Origin: Candidatus Altimarinota bacterium
Lineage (GTDB): Bacteria > Patescibacteriota > Gracilibacteria > UBA4473
Assembly (NCBI GenBank): GCA_965231215.1
Contig: OZ246423.1
Location: 928,001-992,000, forward strand
Length of the DNA stretch: 64,000 nucleotides
Reading direction: 5' to 3'
A program made the position numbers and the translations under genes. How positions within the stretch are numbered: the stretch's first letter is position 1; the number at the start of each line of letters is the position of its first letter. The notes beneath the pieces are model-generated. The model was given only the letters and a program-made list of their open reading frames with translations. It did not search any database and was not told the DNA's origin. Of the stretch, positions 48,701-58,426 are shown one piece after another.

Positions 48701-49320
48701 GCAATAATAAACAGACCTTTGATCCAGCGCCTAAAAATTGGAATTTTCAAGAAAGTTTTTGGGCCTGGAATAGTAAGTTTGCCGATCTAGATAATGACAC
48801 CTGGTTGGATATATATGTTGGCAATGGACGGATGCGACAAAAAGAAACCCACTCGAATGTGTTTTATCATAATCAAAAAGGCAAAGGGTTTGTGAAAGCC
48901 CAAGAGGCTTTTGGGCTCGAAGATTATCTACATACCCCGGCTTATGTTTATACAGATTTTGATAATGACTTAGATTTAGACATGGTGACCATAGGCATTA
49001 ATGGGCCTACCCGGATTTTCAAAAACCATATTCAGAGCAATGGAATTATTTTTGATCTCAAAGACGAAAAGGGCAATAGTGAAGCTATTGGAGCTAAAAT
49101 CTATATTTATTATGGCGATGGATTGTCACAAATCAGAGAAGTAAAATCTGGAGGAGGATTTATATCTTTTGAAGATACAAGTGTTCATTTTGGACTACAC
49201 AATTTTGATTGGGTGGATCAAGTAGAAATTTATTGGCCTGATGGTGAAAAAACTAAAATAACCCAACCACTTAAAACAAATCAAAAATATATTATTCATC
49301 GAAAAGCGCGACAAAGTTGA
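45757..49320 (+). CDS. Fusion: ArsP/DUF318-like permease + Cys-rich repeats + CRTAC1-like VCBS/FG-GAP propeller + ASPIC/UnbV domain
   Basis: About 9 TM segments with GVCANC and SSPTFN; DVNKDHWPDL, DINNDTWVDI, DLDQNGFLDI, DFDNDLDLD; GNSEAIGAK...GGGFISF...VHFGL...IYWPDG. Confidence 0.82.
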   Translation: MRFIHFWTYILMLVFGTFYFWTQSRYPKLLEKSVAGELIETDGGIAFHPKFFLEPTDLWFEAIGKIFFNWGYDNIQGMTFGFFLGAVILSLVKVSPWFQKTYKSHWANILQGFTLGVPIGVCANCIVPVGQGLIRAGKSWSLVLTTMVSSPTFNVIVILILMLLFPWYLVLLKILGTLLIIACIPLITAGLENKKNAKSIAAESCEVKSYKNGVEAFLDAIKDFLKHLVFILQKTLGWMILAGLLGAIFIYFMPFDVLSELPVTWWSLIFIAMVGTFVPVPITFDLFLASILFQGGAPAGIVMVLLFTLGIHSIYPAMIIYREANPKVALKLFSLVVAMGVLLGMLAHQLDTRFVNQTKSVLSQQAVQNFQKEKAILKQSCRQLPDIKAQEACFKKGIKERLGKNQKADLCKLESDWLSVSQCRALIMTQRAVAEGNLDFCNGLYKELKLNCQRAVVQSVVEERRKHKAICKVLPQAEQLKCEDEVEKRRVSQIYPEFYSVLCSGFERPRNLDFCFAKRVIYQPELCDELKSSEDQLWCHEKRILTQATITIEDMYLEDPAGSRAILDIKSDVSEKPLSEIKTPQIIPEVLSDQDDIKIETIKGLPKSTWDGATVFERIELPHMGNRFGILDFFTPFSLGRGIAVGDVNKDHWPDLVFATKSGVELYVGNGTENFSKVKLDENLSSKSVFLVSLIDINNDTWVDIFLSTYSGKNFFIINDEGVFSEVIELDKNSERAISFGATFSDLDQNGFLDIGLGNVTSYNRDFIRKTSSKNEVYLNNSLDFKKYDFPEITGETLSILFSDVDQNGVTDLLVGNDYKEPDMYYFDFFEHKTPDKRSKIKHTAASTMSIDTGDINNDLHLDLFLADMSFKKNSVNYCDSIKDAEAYKKCSYYRDVLHPIIRSRSVSQCQSLEASGACMVAVALALAIQYEDKSFCEAIPTVYPKVQARCFRALEQRTDKIETMDLNDFGWQKTENVLLLGNNKQTFDPAPKNWNFQESFWAWNSKFADLDNDTWLDIYVGNGRMRQKETHSNVFYHNQKGKGFVKAQEAFGLEDYLHTPAYVYTDFDNDLDLDMVTIGINGPTRIFKNHIQSNGIIFDLKDEKGNSEAIGAKIYIYYGDGLSQIREVKSGGGFISFEDTSVHFGLHNFDWVDQVEIYWPDGEKTKITQPLKTNQKYIIHRKARQS

Positions 49321-49371
49321 TGAGAAACATCTTGCAAAAAATCAAGGGCTGATTTAGCATTAAAAAAACAC

Positions 49372-50013
49372 ATGAAATACTCATTATTAGCGGTTGGATT
49401 TTCGATTTTATTAGTGGGTTGTGTTCCCTCTGATTCAGGAGATGATACAGCCTTATTAATGAAGGAAATACAGAGTTTAAAAGCTCAAAATCAATCTCTA
49501 AATGAAAGAATTGATTCATTAGCCACAACAGCTCAGCCAGGGCCGGTAGAACTTGAGCCAGCGCCTGTAGAACTTACGAATAACCCAGAAGTACTAGGAG
49601 AAGATATTATAATTGAAGAAATCCCAGACCCGTCCACCATCCCAAGTCCAATTATCGCAGATAAGCAAGCGGCCATGCCTCCGAGTATTAGTTTTGCAGC
49701 CTTTACTTCAGCGCTTACCGTTGAAGCTCCAGAAGCCTTACCTAAAGTTCTTGAAATTCGTAGAGCTTATGATGAAGCCAACAGAGAGGCTTGGAATAAT
49801 TTAAAACAAGTTCAAGACTCTGGATTAGAGCATCATTCAAACCAAATAGCCCTTCGTGAAGAACTCTATAATGATATTGATGGGGTGGTTAATGGGGCAG
49901 CTCCTGAAGCTATGGCTATTTTACGACAAGGAATAGAATTTCGTAATGACTACAACCGTCAAAAAATTGCCAATTGGGAAGCCCCTCAAGAATCTCAAGA
50001 ACCTCCACAATAG
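49372..50013 (+). CDS. Acidic lipoprotein with short coiled coil and Pro/Glu-rich linker
   Basis: Lipobox LVGC; EIQSLKAQNQSLNERID; PVELEPAPVEL. Confidence 0.75.
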   Translation: MKYSLLAVGFSILLVGCVPSDSGDDTALLMKEIQSLKAQNQSLNERIDSLATTAQPGPVELEPAPVELTNNPEVLGEDIIIEEIPDPSTIPSPIIADKQAAMPPSISFAAFTSALTVEAPEALPKVLEIRRAYDEANREAWNNLKQVQDSGLEHHSNQIALREELYNDIDGVVNGAAPEAMAILRQGIEFRNDYNRQKIANWEAPQESQEPPQ

Positions 50014-50047
50014 TCTTTCGTGCAGAAGAGTGATATAGTACTCAATA

Positions 50048-51136
50048 ATGAGGTATTTTTTAGTTTTTTTATTGGTACTGATTTTTACCGGATGTACTAA
50101 ACAGATGGCCCTGCCCGATCAATCAGTAGTTAAAGAAGCTATACTAAAGGCTCAAGACTGGATTGTTGCTTCGCAAAAGGAAGATGGATTATTTGTTTAC
50201 CTTTATGATCGAAAATCAAAGCAAGAGGTAGAGGCAAACAATATAGTGAGGCAAATAGGGACTTTTTGGAGTTTATGTGCAACCTATTCATATAATTACC
50301 GACCCCAAATCCTCAAAAGTATTAATGACTTTAGAGCCGGTATTGAGCCGTATATACAAGCAGGAGAAGTAGCCGAAGATAATATCGCTTATATTGAGTT
50401 TGATGGTCTGGCTAAAGTTAATAGCGCTTCACTTTATATTTTGGCTTTAGCCTCACTTCAAGAGCAAGGCATAATACTTACAAACAAAGAAAAAACTTGG
50501 CTTCCCCAACTGGTTCGAGGTATACAAAAAATGGCCTTAGAAAACGGTGGATTTTATTATCTATATTTTGTGCCTGCTGAAAAAAATAGAGTCTCTATTT
50601 ATGGAAGTGGACAAGCTTTGTATGCATTACAGCGTTACAATCAGGTGTTTTTAAATCACAATCAAGACCTCCAAGAGTTTATAAACTTTCATTTTGAAAT
50701 TTTATTTAATCAAGCTCTAGAAGGCACACTAGAAGAAGAGCCTACTCGGGCCTTTGTTTTATGGGGATTATATATTTTAAATGAAGGACAGATACCACAA
50801 GCAGAGCAAAAAATAAGGCAGCTCCTGCAAAAACTAAACCAGTATCGCAAATTTAATCAAGAGTGTACTCACCATGGATGCATTTTAGCGCCAGAAGGAA
50901 AGGACCCAGCACTACTAGAGGGGCTCACAAAGGTTTTAAAAACATATCCAGTAGAAGGGTTATTTGAATATCAAGCCAAGGCTGTAGATGAATTACTAGA
51001 CCGTCAAATACAACCCTCAGAAGGTTTTGGGGCCGGAGCTTTTTGCAAGGAAGAAGCCTGCGAAACACTACGCATTGACAGAACTCAGCATGGGATAATG
51101 GCCTTGAATAATTTGTGGCTTCAACTAACTCAGTAG
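50048..51136 (+). CDS. Lipoprotein, putative (alpha/alpha)-barrel; paralog of 42980-44272
   Basis: Lipobox FTGC; NIVRQIGTFW, AKVNSASLYILAL, YGSGQALYAL, GAFC...LRIDRTQHGIMAL. Confidence 0.78.
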   Translation: MRYFLVFLLVLIFTGCTKQMALPDQSVVKEAILKAQDWIVASQKEDGLFVYLYDRKSKQEVEANNIVRQIGTFWSLCATYSYNYRPQILKSINDFRAGIEPYIQAGEVAEDNIAYIEFDGLAKVNSASLYILALASLQEQGIILTNKEKTWLPQLVRGIQKMALENGGFYYLYFVPAEKNRVSIYGSGQALYALQRYNQVFLNHNQDLQEFINFHFEILFNQALEGTLEEEPTRAFVLWGLYILNEGQIPQAEQKIRQLLQKLNQYRKFNQECTHHGCILAPEGKDPALLEGLTKVLKTYPVEGLFEYQAKAVDELLDRQIQPSEGFGAGAFCKEEACETLRIDRTQHGIMALNNLWLQLTQ

Positions 51137-51148
51137 ATTTTTATTGTT

Positions 51149-52597
51149 TTATCTATTTCTTCCCTTTATCACCACGAGTATACTTTTGTATCCGATGATA
51201 AGATCCATCCATAGAGACCAGTTTTTAAGGTAGAACATTTCGTACTTCATCTCCTCTTCAAAACTCAGGTCTGATTGCCCATTAACCTGAGAAAATCCAG
51301 TGATTCCTGGCCGGATAGAAAGGAGTTGTAGGTTTTCTTTGGGGTATTTTTTCACCTCATTGGCTAGGTGTGGACGAGGCCCAATAAGGCTCATATCTCT
51401 GATCAAAACATTCCAGAGTTGAGGTAGTTCATCAAGCGAGTATTTTCGTAGAAAAGCCCCAAAGGGGGTAATTCGCGGATCATCTTTGATTTTAAAAAAC
51501 ACATCCCCTTTACGCTCATTCTTTTTCATAAGATCTTTTTTCTGGTCTTCAGCCTCTTTGATCATGGTTCGAAACTTATAGCACCAAAATTCTTTCCCCC
51601 CAAAACCGACTCGTTTAGAAGCATAAAATACTGGAGCGGTTCGATCTGAAATCCAGGTTCGGATGATAATAAACACCATCAAAGGACTCAGCAGAATTAA
51701 GGCGATAGTTGCTACAAAAATATCAATACTGGTCTTTACCAGAAGGCCCCAGCCATGCAGAGCTGAGTTTTGTAGTGTAATGAGCGGAAGGTCTTTATAA
51801 GTTGAGGTATGAACTGCGGCTAGATCCAAAGTCAGTTCATCCGGGAAGATGCGGAATTTAGTATGCTGAGTTTGGGCAATGCGTACCAGTTGTGCTGTGA
51901 GATTTTCTTTTACATTATCCGAAGCCAGCCAGATTTCATCGATGTGTTGAGCCTTTAGTACCTTTTCCAAGTTACGAAAGTTCCCCAAAACTTTATAAGA
52001 CTCTAGAGTGGTTTTGGATGATTTTTTTTCGGAGAGGAGACCTACCACTTGGATACTATTATCTACTTTTACTTTAGATAAAACTCTGAACGCGAGATGG
52101 CCAGTCCCCAAAATCAAAAGGCGTTGTTGCCCAATCCCTTGCGTGTGCAGGTAGTGTTGAACCATCCGAATCAAGATTCTTCCTATAAGGATAAAGACAA
52201 AAGACAAGACCCAAGAAAGGGCAAAAACGAGTCTCGAGAAGAACTGAAATTGGGCAAAGAAAAAGAAGATTGCCAGCAACGCAAGCCCGGAAGCCAAGCT
52301 CCAAAAAATACCACTAAACTCATCGAGTATTTTTTGATCTGCCTCAAATTTATATCGCCCCTGAATAGCAAAAATAGTCAAAATAATCACTGTAAATTGA
52401 ACCGCAAAATTTATAAATAGATCAAACGGGAAAAGGGTTATGGGAGGCGTGAAGATTTCAACCGTGTACAGTCCATCAAAGAAGCTTAATGCAAAAAACT
52501 TCATACGAATCATATACGCGGCAATCAGCGCCAAAAAGAGAGAACTGGCATCCAGTAAAATTCTTGATAAGGCTACTATGTGGGCGGTTTTATGCAT
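51149..52597 (-). CDS. Polyprenyl-phosphate glycosylphosphotransferase (WcaJ/WbaP-like sugar transferase)
   Basis: YKFRTM, DDPRITPFGAFLRKYSLDELPQLWNV, MSLIGPRP, PGITG. Confidence 0.93.
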   Translation of the reverse strand: MHKTAHIVALSRILLDASSLFLALIAAYMIRMKFFALSFFDGLYTVEIFTPPITLFPFDLFINFAVQFTVIILTIFAIQGRYKFEADQKILDEFSGIFWSLASGLALLAIFFFFAQFQFFSRLVFALSWVLSFVFILIGRILIRMVQHYLHTQGIGQQRLLILGTGHLAFRVLSKVKVDNSIQVVGLLSEKKSSKTTLESYKVLGNFRNLEKVLKAQHIDEIWLASDNVKENLTAQLVRIAQTQHTKFRIFPDELTLDLAAVHTSTYKDLPLITLQNSALHGWGLLVKTSIDIFVATIALILLSPLMVFIIIRTWISDRTAPVFYASKRVGFGGKEFWCYKFRTMIKEAEDQKKDLMKKNERKGDVFFKIKDDPRITPFGAFLRKYSLDELPQLWNVLIRDMSLIGPRPHLANEVKKYPKENLQLLSIRPGITGFSQVNGQSDLSFEEEMKYEMFYLKNWSLWMDLIIGYKSILVVIKGRNR

Positions 52598-52678
52598 GAG
52601 AGTACCTCTTAATTCTAGTGATTGATAAAAAATCTGAAAATAAAAATTCAGCTATCGATTTGAAAGGAGTAAAGGGGA

Positions 52679-54784
52679 CTAACTTTTCTTGGGAACAAAG
52701 AGTTCAATTCGGTCTTTTTCCATAAACTCAACCCCTCCATGTTCTACTCTCATTCCGCACTCTAGACCTTCTTCAGAAATTTCATTTACGGCGTCACTTC
52801 CTCTTTGAACGGTATCAATTTTGGCATACCCAACCAATACTTCTCCGTGTTCATTTACTTCGTCTTCTTCGTTATCGGACTTTCTAAAGACTCGGATTTG
52901 GCAGAGTTTTCGAACCTTTCCATTAACTAGCTCTCCTCCTAAAACTGCCATTTTTTTGTTTGAGGCAAATACTTTTTTTACTTTAAATGCTCCAACAATG
53001 GTTTCAGTTTCACTGTCTGATTCGCGTCCTTCAATGATTTCCTGAAGTTTTTCACTGAGGTGATAGATCACATCGTAGCTGAGTATTTCTATGCCTTCTT
53101 TTTCGGCAACTTTTTTGATTCTTCCCGGAACCGCTACATTAAATCCAACCAGCACGGTTTCTCCGGCAGAAGCCAGCATGACATCTGACTCACTAATTTC
53201 TCCTACTCCAGAGTGGACTACTTTGGTAATGGTAGCTTCGGTTTTTACTTTTTCGCATTCAGCGGTTACAGCCTCAAGCGAACCTTTGCTACCGGCTTTT
53301 ATAATAACTTTGAGTTGTCCCAATTTTCCTTCGGCAATTTTAGCTTTGAGACTAGCGAGAGAAAATTTTTGACGGTTTTGTAGCTCATCTTCATGATGGA
53401 TATCAGCTACTTCTTCCGCTCTTTTTCGGGCTAGCTTTTCACTTTCTACCACTTGTAGTAGATCTCCAGCCCGCGGTAAACTGCTAAATCCAGAAATCTG
53501 AACTGGGGTTGATGGGGGCGCGATTTTAATAGTTTCGCCTGCATGGTTTTTCATTACTCGGATTTTTCCAGCCTGGTCATAGATAACGAATGGATCTCCC
53601 TGATTAAGGGTTCCTGTATTGACCAAAATAGTCGCAGAGATACCAGATTTTTTGTCCATTGTTGATTCAATGACGGTACCAATCGCGCTACGGTCTGGAT
53701 TGGCTTTGAGTTCTTGCATTTCAGCAACTATCAAAATAGTTTCTACTAATTTCTCTATCCCCAGCCCGGTTTTGGCAGAGACCGGAATGCACGGAGTATC
53801 ACCTCCCCAGTCTTCCGGATTCAGTTCGTGTTCTGCGAGTTGTCCTTTCACTAGATCTGGATTGGCTCCATCAAGATCCATTTTATTGATGGCCACAATA
53901 ATAGGAATTTCAGCTTCTTTAGCATGATTAATGGCTTCAATAGATTGAGGCATAAGCCCTTCGGTTGAAGCTACTACCAAGATAGCAATGTCTGTGGCTC
54001 GAGCTCCTCGGGCTCGCATAGTGGTAAAGGCTTCATGGCCTGGGGTGTCCAGAAAGGTGATAGTATTGCCATCTTGAGTGATCTGGTAGGCTCCAATACT
54101 TTGGGTAATACCTCCGGCTTCACCTTCAGCTACTTTAGATTTTCTGATATGATCTAGAATTGAGGTTTTACCGTGGTCTACGTGTCCCATAATTGAGACT
54201 ACTGGAGGACGCGGTTTCAAGTACTCTACTTCTTCGTCAGCCAGCAATTCGGTAATGTTACCTCGGAAAAGGTCTTCACCAGAAAGTTCTGCGGCTTCTT
54301 TTTTTACTTTTACCCCAAGTTCCTCCGCGATAATAGCCGCCGTTTCGTAATCAATTTCCTCTTTAAGGTTGGCGACAATTCCGTTCTGTTTGAGTTTTAC
54401 CAAAACAATAGGGATCGGTTTACTGATCTTTATGGCTAACTGCCGAACAGTTAAAGCTTCTGGGAGGATAATAGCCCCACTTTCGTCTTTTTTAATCTCT
54501 ATGACTTCTTCTTCCTCTTTTTTCCTCACTTTATGTGTTATTTTTTTGTTTCCAGCGGTTTTTTGTTGCTGTGAATCAATAATTTCTCGATCCATTTGTC
54601 CTTCAAATTCATGGTCGATTTGAGCGATTTCATCTCCAATTTCTAATTTCTCAATTTCCTTAGCGATCTCATCCTCAATCATTTCATCCTCAGGGATGTC
54701 ATAATCCAAATCCATCGCATGAAGCGTTACTGCTTCTGGTGCAATTTCTAATTTTTTAGCGAGATCGGCAAGAGATATAGGCAT
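52679..54784 (-). CDS. infB: Translation initiation factor IF-2
   Basis: [37 protein letters not shown]. Confidence 0.97.
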   Translation of the reverse strand: MPISLADLAKKLEIAPEAVTLHAMDLDYDIPEDEMIEDEIAKEIEKLEIGDEIAQIDHEFEGQMDREIIDSQQQKTAGNKKITHKVRKKEEEEVIEIKKDESGAIILPEALTVRQLAIKISKPIPIVLVKLKQNGIVANLKEEIDYETAAIIAEELGVKVKKEAAELSGEDLFRGNITELLADEEVEYLKPRPPVVSIMGHVDHGKTSILDHIRKSKVAEGEAGGITQSIGAYQITQDGNTITFLDTPGHEAFTTMRARGARATDIAILVVASTEGLMPQSIEAINHAKEAEIPIIVAINKMDLDGANPDLVKGQLAEHELNPEDWGGDTPCIPVSAKTGLGIEKLVETILIVAEMQELKANPDRSAIGTVIESTMDKKSGISATILVNTGTLNQGDPFVIYDQAGKIRVMKNHAGETIKIAPPSTPVQISGFSSLPRAGDLLQVVESEKLARKRAEEVADIHHEDELQNRQKFSLASLKAKIAEGKLGQLKVIIKAGSKGSLEAVTAECEKVKTEATITKVVHSGVGEISESDVMLASAGETVLVGFNVAVPGRIKKVAEKEGIEILSYDVIYHLSEKLQEIIEGRESDSETETIVGAFKVKKVFASNKKMAVLGGELVNGKVRKLCQIRVFRKSDNEEDEVNEHGEVLVGYAKIDTVQRGSDAVNEISEEGLECGMRVEHGGVEFMEKDRIELFVPKKS

Positions 54785-54863
54785 AAAGCCGCCAGATACT
54801 AATAAAAAAGAATGTTTTGTCTAATCAATTAGGCAGTAGTTTAGAGATGTTGAGTTTAGGTTA

Positions 54864-55871
54864 TCAATACCCTCTTTTTTTGCGTCGGTGTTTTTCTATA
54901 ACAGTATTGAGATGGTATTTCCAAGTAATGGGGAAGTCCTGAACATGAAGATAGTTTGTTTCACGGCCTCCAAAACCGCGTTTGAATTTTGACAATCCAA
55001 ACCACGGATGTTTGGTTTCTGCTTCGCCACATACGCCCCAGAAATTAAATTCCGTGCATTTTCTGCGTTTAGCCTCCAGTATAGCTTGCCAAATATAGGC
55101 ATGAGCCGCTGGCAATTTGGAAAAAACAGAGGCCCCTTGATGGTAATATCCAGCGTTATCATCAAAAATGAAAATGCCACTCGCCAAGGCTTTGCCTTCA
55201 TGTGAAATCGAGATAATCTGGCATTTATCACCAAAGGTTTGGAGCTCTTTTTCGGTCTGACTTCGAGGGAAAGGCGTAAATCCCTGGCGTTTGACCGTTT
55301 CACTATGAAGTGCCCAAAAAATATCTAAATCCTCTTTGCTATTTCCTTTTTTAATCTCAAATCCAGTTTCTGGTTTTCGTCCTTTATTGACCTCATATCT
55401 GGTAGACTTCTTCATCTGTGCTAAGAGTTCATCTTCAGTTTTAGTAATATCTAATACCCAAGTCTTTTCAGGATTAACCAGGTGGATGGCGGCGGGTTTA
55501 TATTTTTGAGCCTTGAATAGGGATTCTTGTTCTGGGGAAAGGAGCGGAGAAATACGCACGAAGTCGCATTTTTCCCTTTCTCCAAGGGCTTTATAGGCAT
55601 TTAAAAAATGTTCCCAAACGGCCGGTTCACTGATGAGTGGGCCATGAGGGGTGTGTAGGAAAGTTTTAAACCGCGTTTTAATTTTTTGAATGATACAGCT
55701 CCCCACTAATTTTTCACCTTTATACAATCCTAGATAAAAAACCTCTTCGCCCACCAAGGCTCTAAACTGTCCGTATGTGGCGCTTTGTAAAAAAGTTTTA
55801 GGTCCTGAAAAATTGTCATAAAAAAGGTCTAATTCTAACGGAGGTAGATCGCGTATTTCCAGCGTTGGCAT
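54864..55871 (-). CDS. FemABX-family lipid II aminoacyltransferase
   Basis: FLQSATYG, PHGP, MKKSTRYEV, FNFWG, GLSKFKRGFGG. Confidence 0.9.
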   Translation of the reverse strand: MPTLEIRDLPPLELDLFYDNFSGPKTFLQSATYGQFRALVGEEVFYLGLYKGEKLVGSCIIQKIKTRFKTFLHTPHGPLISEPAVWEHFLNAYKALGEREKCDFVRISPLLSPEQESLFKAQKYKPAAIHLVNPEKTWVLDITKTEDELLAQMKKSTRYEVNKGRKPETGFEIKKGNSKEDLDIFWALHSETVKRQGFTPFPRSQTEKELQTFGDKCQIISISHEGKALASGIFIFDDNAGYYHQGASVFSKLPAAHAYIWQAILEAKRRKCTEFNFWGVCGEAETKHPWFGLSKFKRGFGGRETNYLHVQDFPITWKYHLNTVIEKHRRKKRGY

Positions 55872-55873
55872 TA

Positions 55874-57148
55874 CTAAATCTGTTGGAAATTAAAGTATAG
55901 TTTTTCTCTTCTTATTTTGGCTGAGTTCCATTCGTCTAAGCGAGTATCGCCTTCTGCATATTCCCCAAAAAAGGATTGAAATTGGTCTCGGCTGATAAAA
56001 CATAATTCCCATTCCTTAGTACCAAAGAATTGTTCTGGAGTAAGGTGTTTTATTTTTTGGACGTCGGTTCGGAGTTTCGAATTTTTCAGGTTAGCCTTTT
56101 CCATATCTACCTCTATAAAACGAGCTCTCCAAAAGGAAGATCCCTCTAAATCAGCTCCCTGAAAAGTAATTCTATCAATCGTACATTCCGAAAAAGTACT
56201 CTGCCATAAAACCGTATCTTCAAACACCACACTGCCCGCAGGGATGCTAAGTGATCCTAAAGAAAGTGTTGGGATGACTTTTCCAGTAAGATCCAAAGCT
56301 TCAGTGGCTTTTCCTTCATGAAAATCTACTAAATGTTTTTTTACAATCGCTTCTAAAATATTAATCGCTTTTACACTTAGATCTTGGGTAGAAGTGTCTA
56401 CCTGGAATCTATCAGAAATTTCAAATAAATCTCCTTTAAGCCGCCATTTTACCAGGCTTTGGATAGCCATAAAAGGTTTGTTTTCGGGGATCCATTTATT
56501 GAGGTCATTGAGGAGGTCTACCACTTTTTGTCTAAGAGAAGGGGATTCTAAGCCCACGGTTAAAATCTTGGTGAGGGCCATACTTTTAGACTCATAAGTC
56601 TGAGCACTTTGAAAATCGGCAATAATTTTGAGGAAGGTTTTCTTTTTCTTTTCTTCTTCAAGTCGCGCTTTAGCCGCTTTAGCGGCTTTGGCTTCAGCTT
56701 CGCGCTGTTCTATCATAGTGCGGTAAACCGTAGATTTTCTGTATATTTTGAAATAAGCCAAAACACACCATGAAATTAAAAAAACAGTAGTAAGGACTTC
56801 ATGAAACCAGTTTTCATTTTCCCCAGCTTTACTTAACTGCCAAGAGTTCGCATACATCCAAATGTTGATATAGAGCGAAAGGCCGCAAATAACATAAAAT
56901 AGCAAATGTCGGCGCATAACCGTGGGCAGCTTTAGTTTTTCTAGTCTTTGGTTTAGGGTAAGGATTTCTTTTGGAGGCTTTGTTTTTGCCTCTTTTGATT
57001 TCGCTTTAGGCGTTGGGGGAGTAGATTTTTTTTCAGCAGAAGCTGATTTTTGAGGTGTTTTTTTAGACGTAGCTGAAGGGGCTGCCACTTTTGCTTGAGC
57101 GGGCTTTGTTTCAGGTTTGGGGGTTGGTTTTGTATTACTTTCGGCCAT
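55874..57148 (-). CDS. Membrane protein with Lys/Pro-rich N-terminus, 2 TM segments and pentapeptide repeats
   Basis: FQGADLEGSSFWRARF...ANLKNSKL. Confidence 0.72.
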   Translation of the reverse strand: MAESNTKPTPKPETKPAQAKVAAPSATSKKTPQKSASAEKKSTPPTPKAKSKEAKTKPPKEILTLNQRLEKLKLPTVMRRHLLFYVICGLSLYINIWMYANSWQLSKAGENENWFHEVLTTVFLISWCVLAYFKIYRKSTVYRTMIEQREAEAKAAKAAKARLEEEKKKKTFLKIIADFQSAQTYESKSMALTKILTVGLESPSLRQKVVDLLNDLNKWIPENKPFMAIQSLVKWRLKGDLFEISDRFQVDTSTQDLSVKAINILEAIVKKHLVDFHEGKATEALDLTGKVIPTLSLGSLSIPAGSVVFEDTVLWQSTFSECTIDRITFQGADLEGSSFWRARFIEVDMEKANLKNSKLRTDVQKIKHLTPEQFFGTKEWELCFISRDQFQSFFGEYAEGDTRLDEWNSAKIRREKLYFNFQQI

Positions 57149-57159
57149 TCGGCATTATG

Positions 57160-58332
57160 CTACTCAGATGTAAAGAATTTTGCAAAGGCGGTTAAGTCTT
57201 TCTTTGAGGTTCTTTTGTTAGTGGGGAAAGTAACGTAAATTTGAGCTAATTTTTCAGCGTTGGGACACTGTCCTTTTGTGTATCCGAATTTTTTTAAATT
57301 AACCCCGTTAGGGCTTATGGGAACCCCATCCCAGTCTCGGAGATTGAATGATGTTAGCGCTGAAATTTTAGTTTTGGCCTCCTGGGGAAGGTTTTTGGTG
57401 ATAACTCTAAAAGCATTAGGAGGTCTGATAATTTCGGCTTCTGGGAACAAATCTTCTAAAGTCTCTTGCCATTTAAGAGCTAAAGCCTGTGCGTGGATAT
57501 TTTGATGTTCAAAAATTTTTAGCTGATGGGCTAGCAGTTTTTTTTGAAAATTGCCTAGTTGCAATTCTGGCAGGTCTTCTTGCCCCTCTTTTTCTGCAGG
57601 GGTTACCGCTAAAGGTAAAAAATTAATGGTACGAAAAATCCAGGGAATAATTTTCCCACCCAAATGCCACCAGGGAAGACTCAAACCAAAGATCAGTGGC
57701 TGACAGGCAAGCCTGAATTGCTGACCAAACGAAGGTTTGAGTAAACCATAATCAGCAAACCCTGAGGCATAAGGAGAACCCTCGGGCCAAATCAAAGCCC
57801 CACCACTGACGCAGCTAACGACCTTTTCTCTGCCAAAGCTGAGGATTTGGGCATCAGTGATAAACTCAAAATGAGGTTCAGATAGTTGTCGGATTAGGTG
57901 AGCGCCATCTTCTATTACAAAAATTTGCTTCGATTTTGCAATTTGCATAATGGCTTTGAGCGGAGCTGGTTGCCCAAAAATATGAGGTACCACCAACAGA
58001 GAAATGTTATTAGATTTTTTTTCAAAATCTTTGAGATCAATAAGGCCATTTTCATCGGTATCAATCCATTCAATTGCGTATCCTCGGGATAAAAATGGCG
58101 TCGCTACTACCGCACAAATAAAAGCGGGAAGACCAATTTTCTTTTTTTTATTTGGGTTTACTACGTCAGCGATGATTCCCAGAGAGGTGCGAGCGGCGTT
58201 GGTGAGGATGTAATTTTTTGTATAAAAATTTTGTTCGAAAATAGTATCTAAATTTTTACCACTCATAAACCAAGCGCTGAAAATATCTTTTACGCCTAAG
58301 TTTGGGCTGATCTGGTTTGAAACAAGTTTCAC
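57160..58332 (-). CDS. DegT/DnrJ/EryC1/StrS-family PLP aminotransferase
   Basis: NAARTSL, HIFG, IEDGAH, SFGREK...GGAL, CPNAE, FPT. GTG 58332 lies 7 nt after TATACT. Confidence 0.85.
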   Translation of the reverse strand: MKLVSNQISPNLGVKDIFSAWFMSGKNLDTIFEQNFYTKNYILTNAARTSLGIIADVVNPNKKKKIGLPAFICAVVATPFLSRGYAIEWIDTDENGLIDLKDFEKKSNNISLLVVPHIFGQPAPLKAIMQIAKSKQIFVIEDGAHLIRQLSEPHFEFITDAQILSFGREKVVSCVSGGALIWPEGSPYASGFADYGLLKPSFGQQFRLACQPLIFGLSLPWWHLGGKIIPWIFRTINFLPLAVTPAEKEGQEDLPELQLGNFQKKLLAHQLKIFEHQNIHAQALALKWQETLEDLFPEAEIIRPPNAFRVITKNLPQEAKTKISALTSFNLRDWDGVPISPNGVNLKKFGYTKGQCPNAEKLAQIYVTFPTNKRTSKKDLTAFAKFFTSE

Positions 58333-58426
58333 AGAGAACAGTATAGAAAATTTATTATTCGACACAATTAACCGATAAATTATAGGATTTCCCTTACCGC
58401 TGACTTTTCTCAAAAAAATTTCAAAA

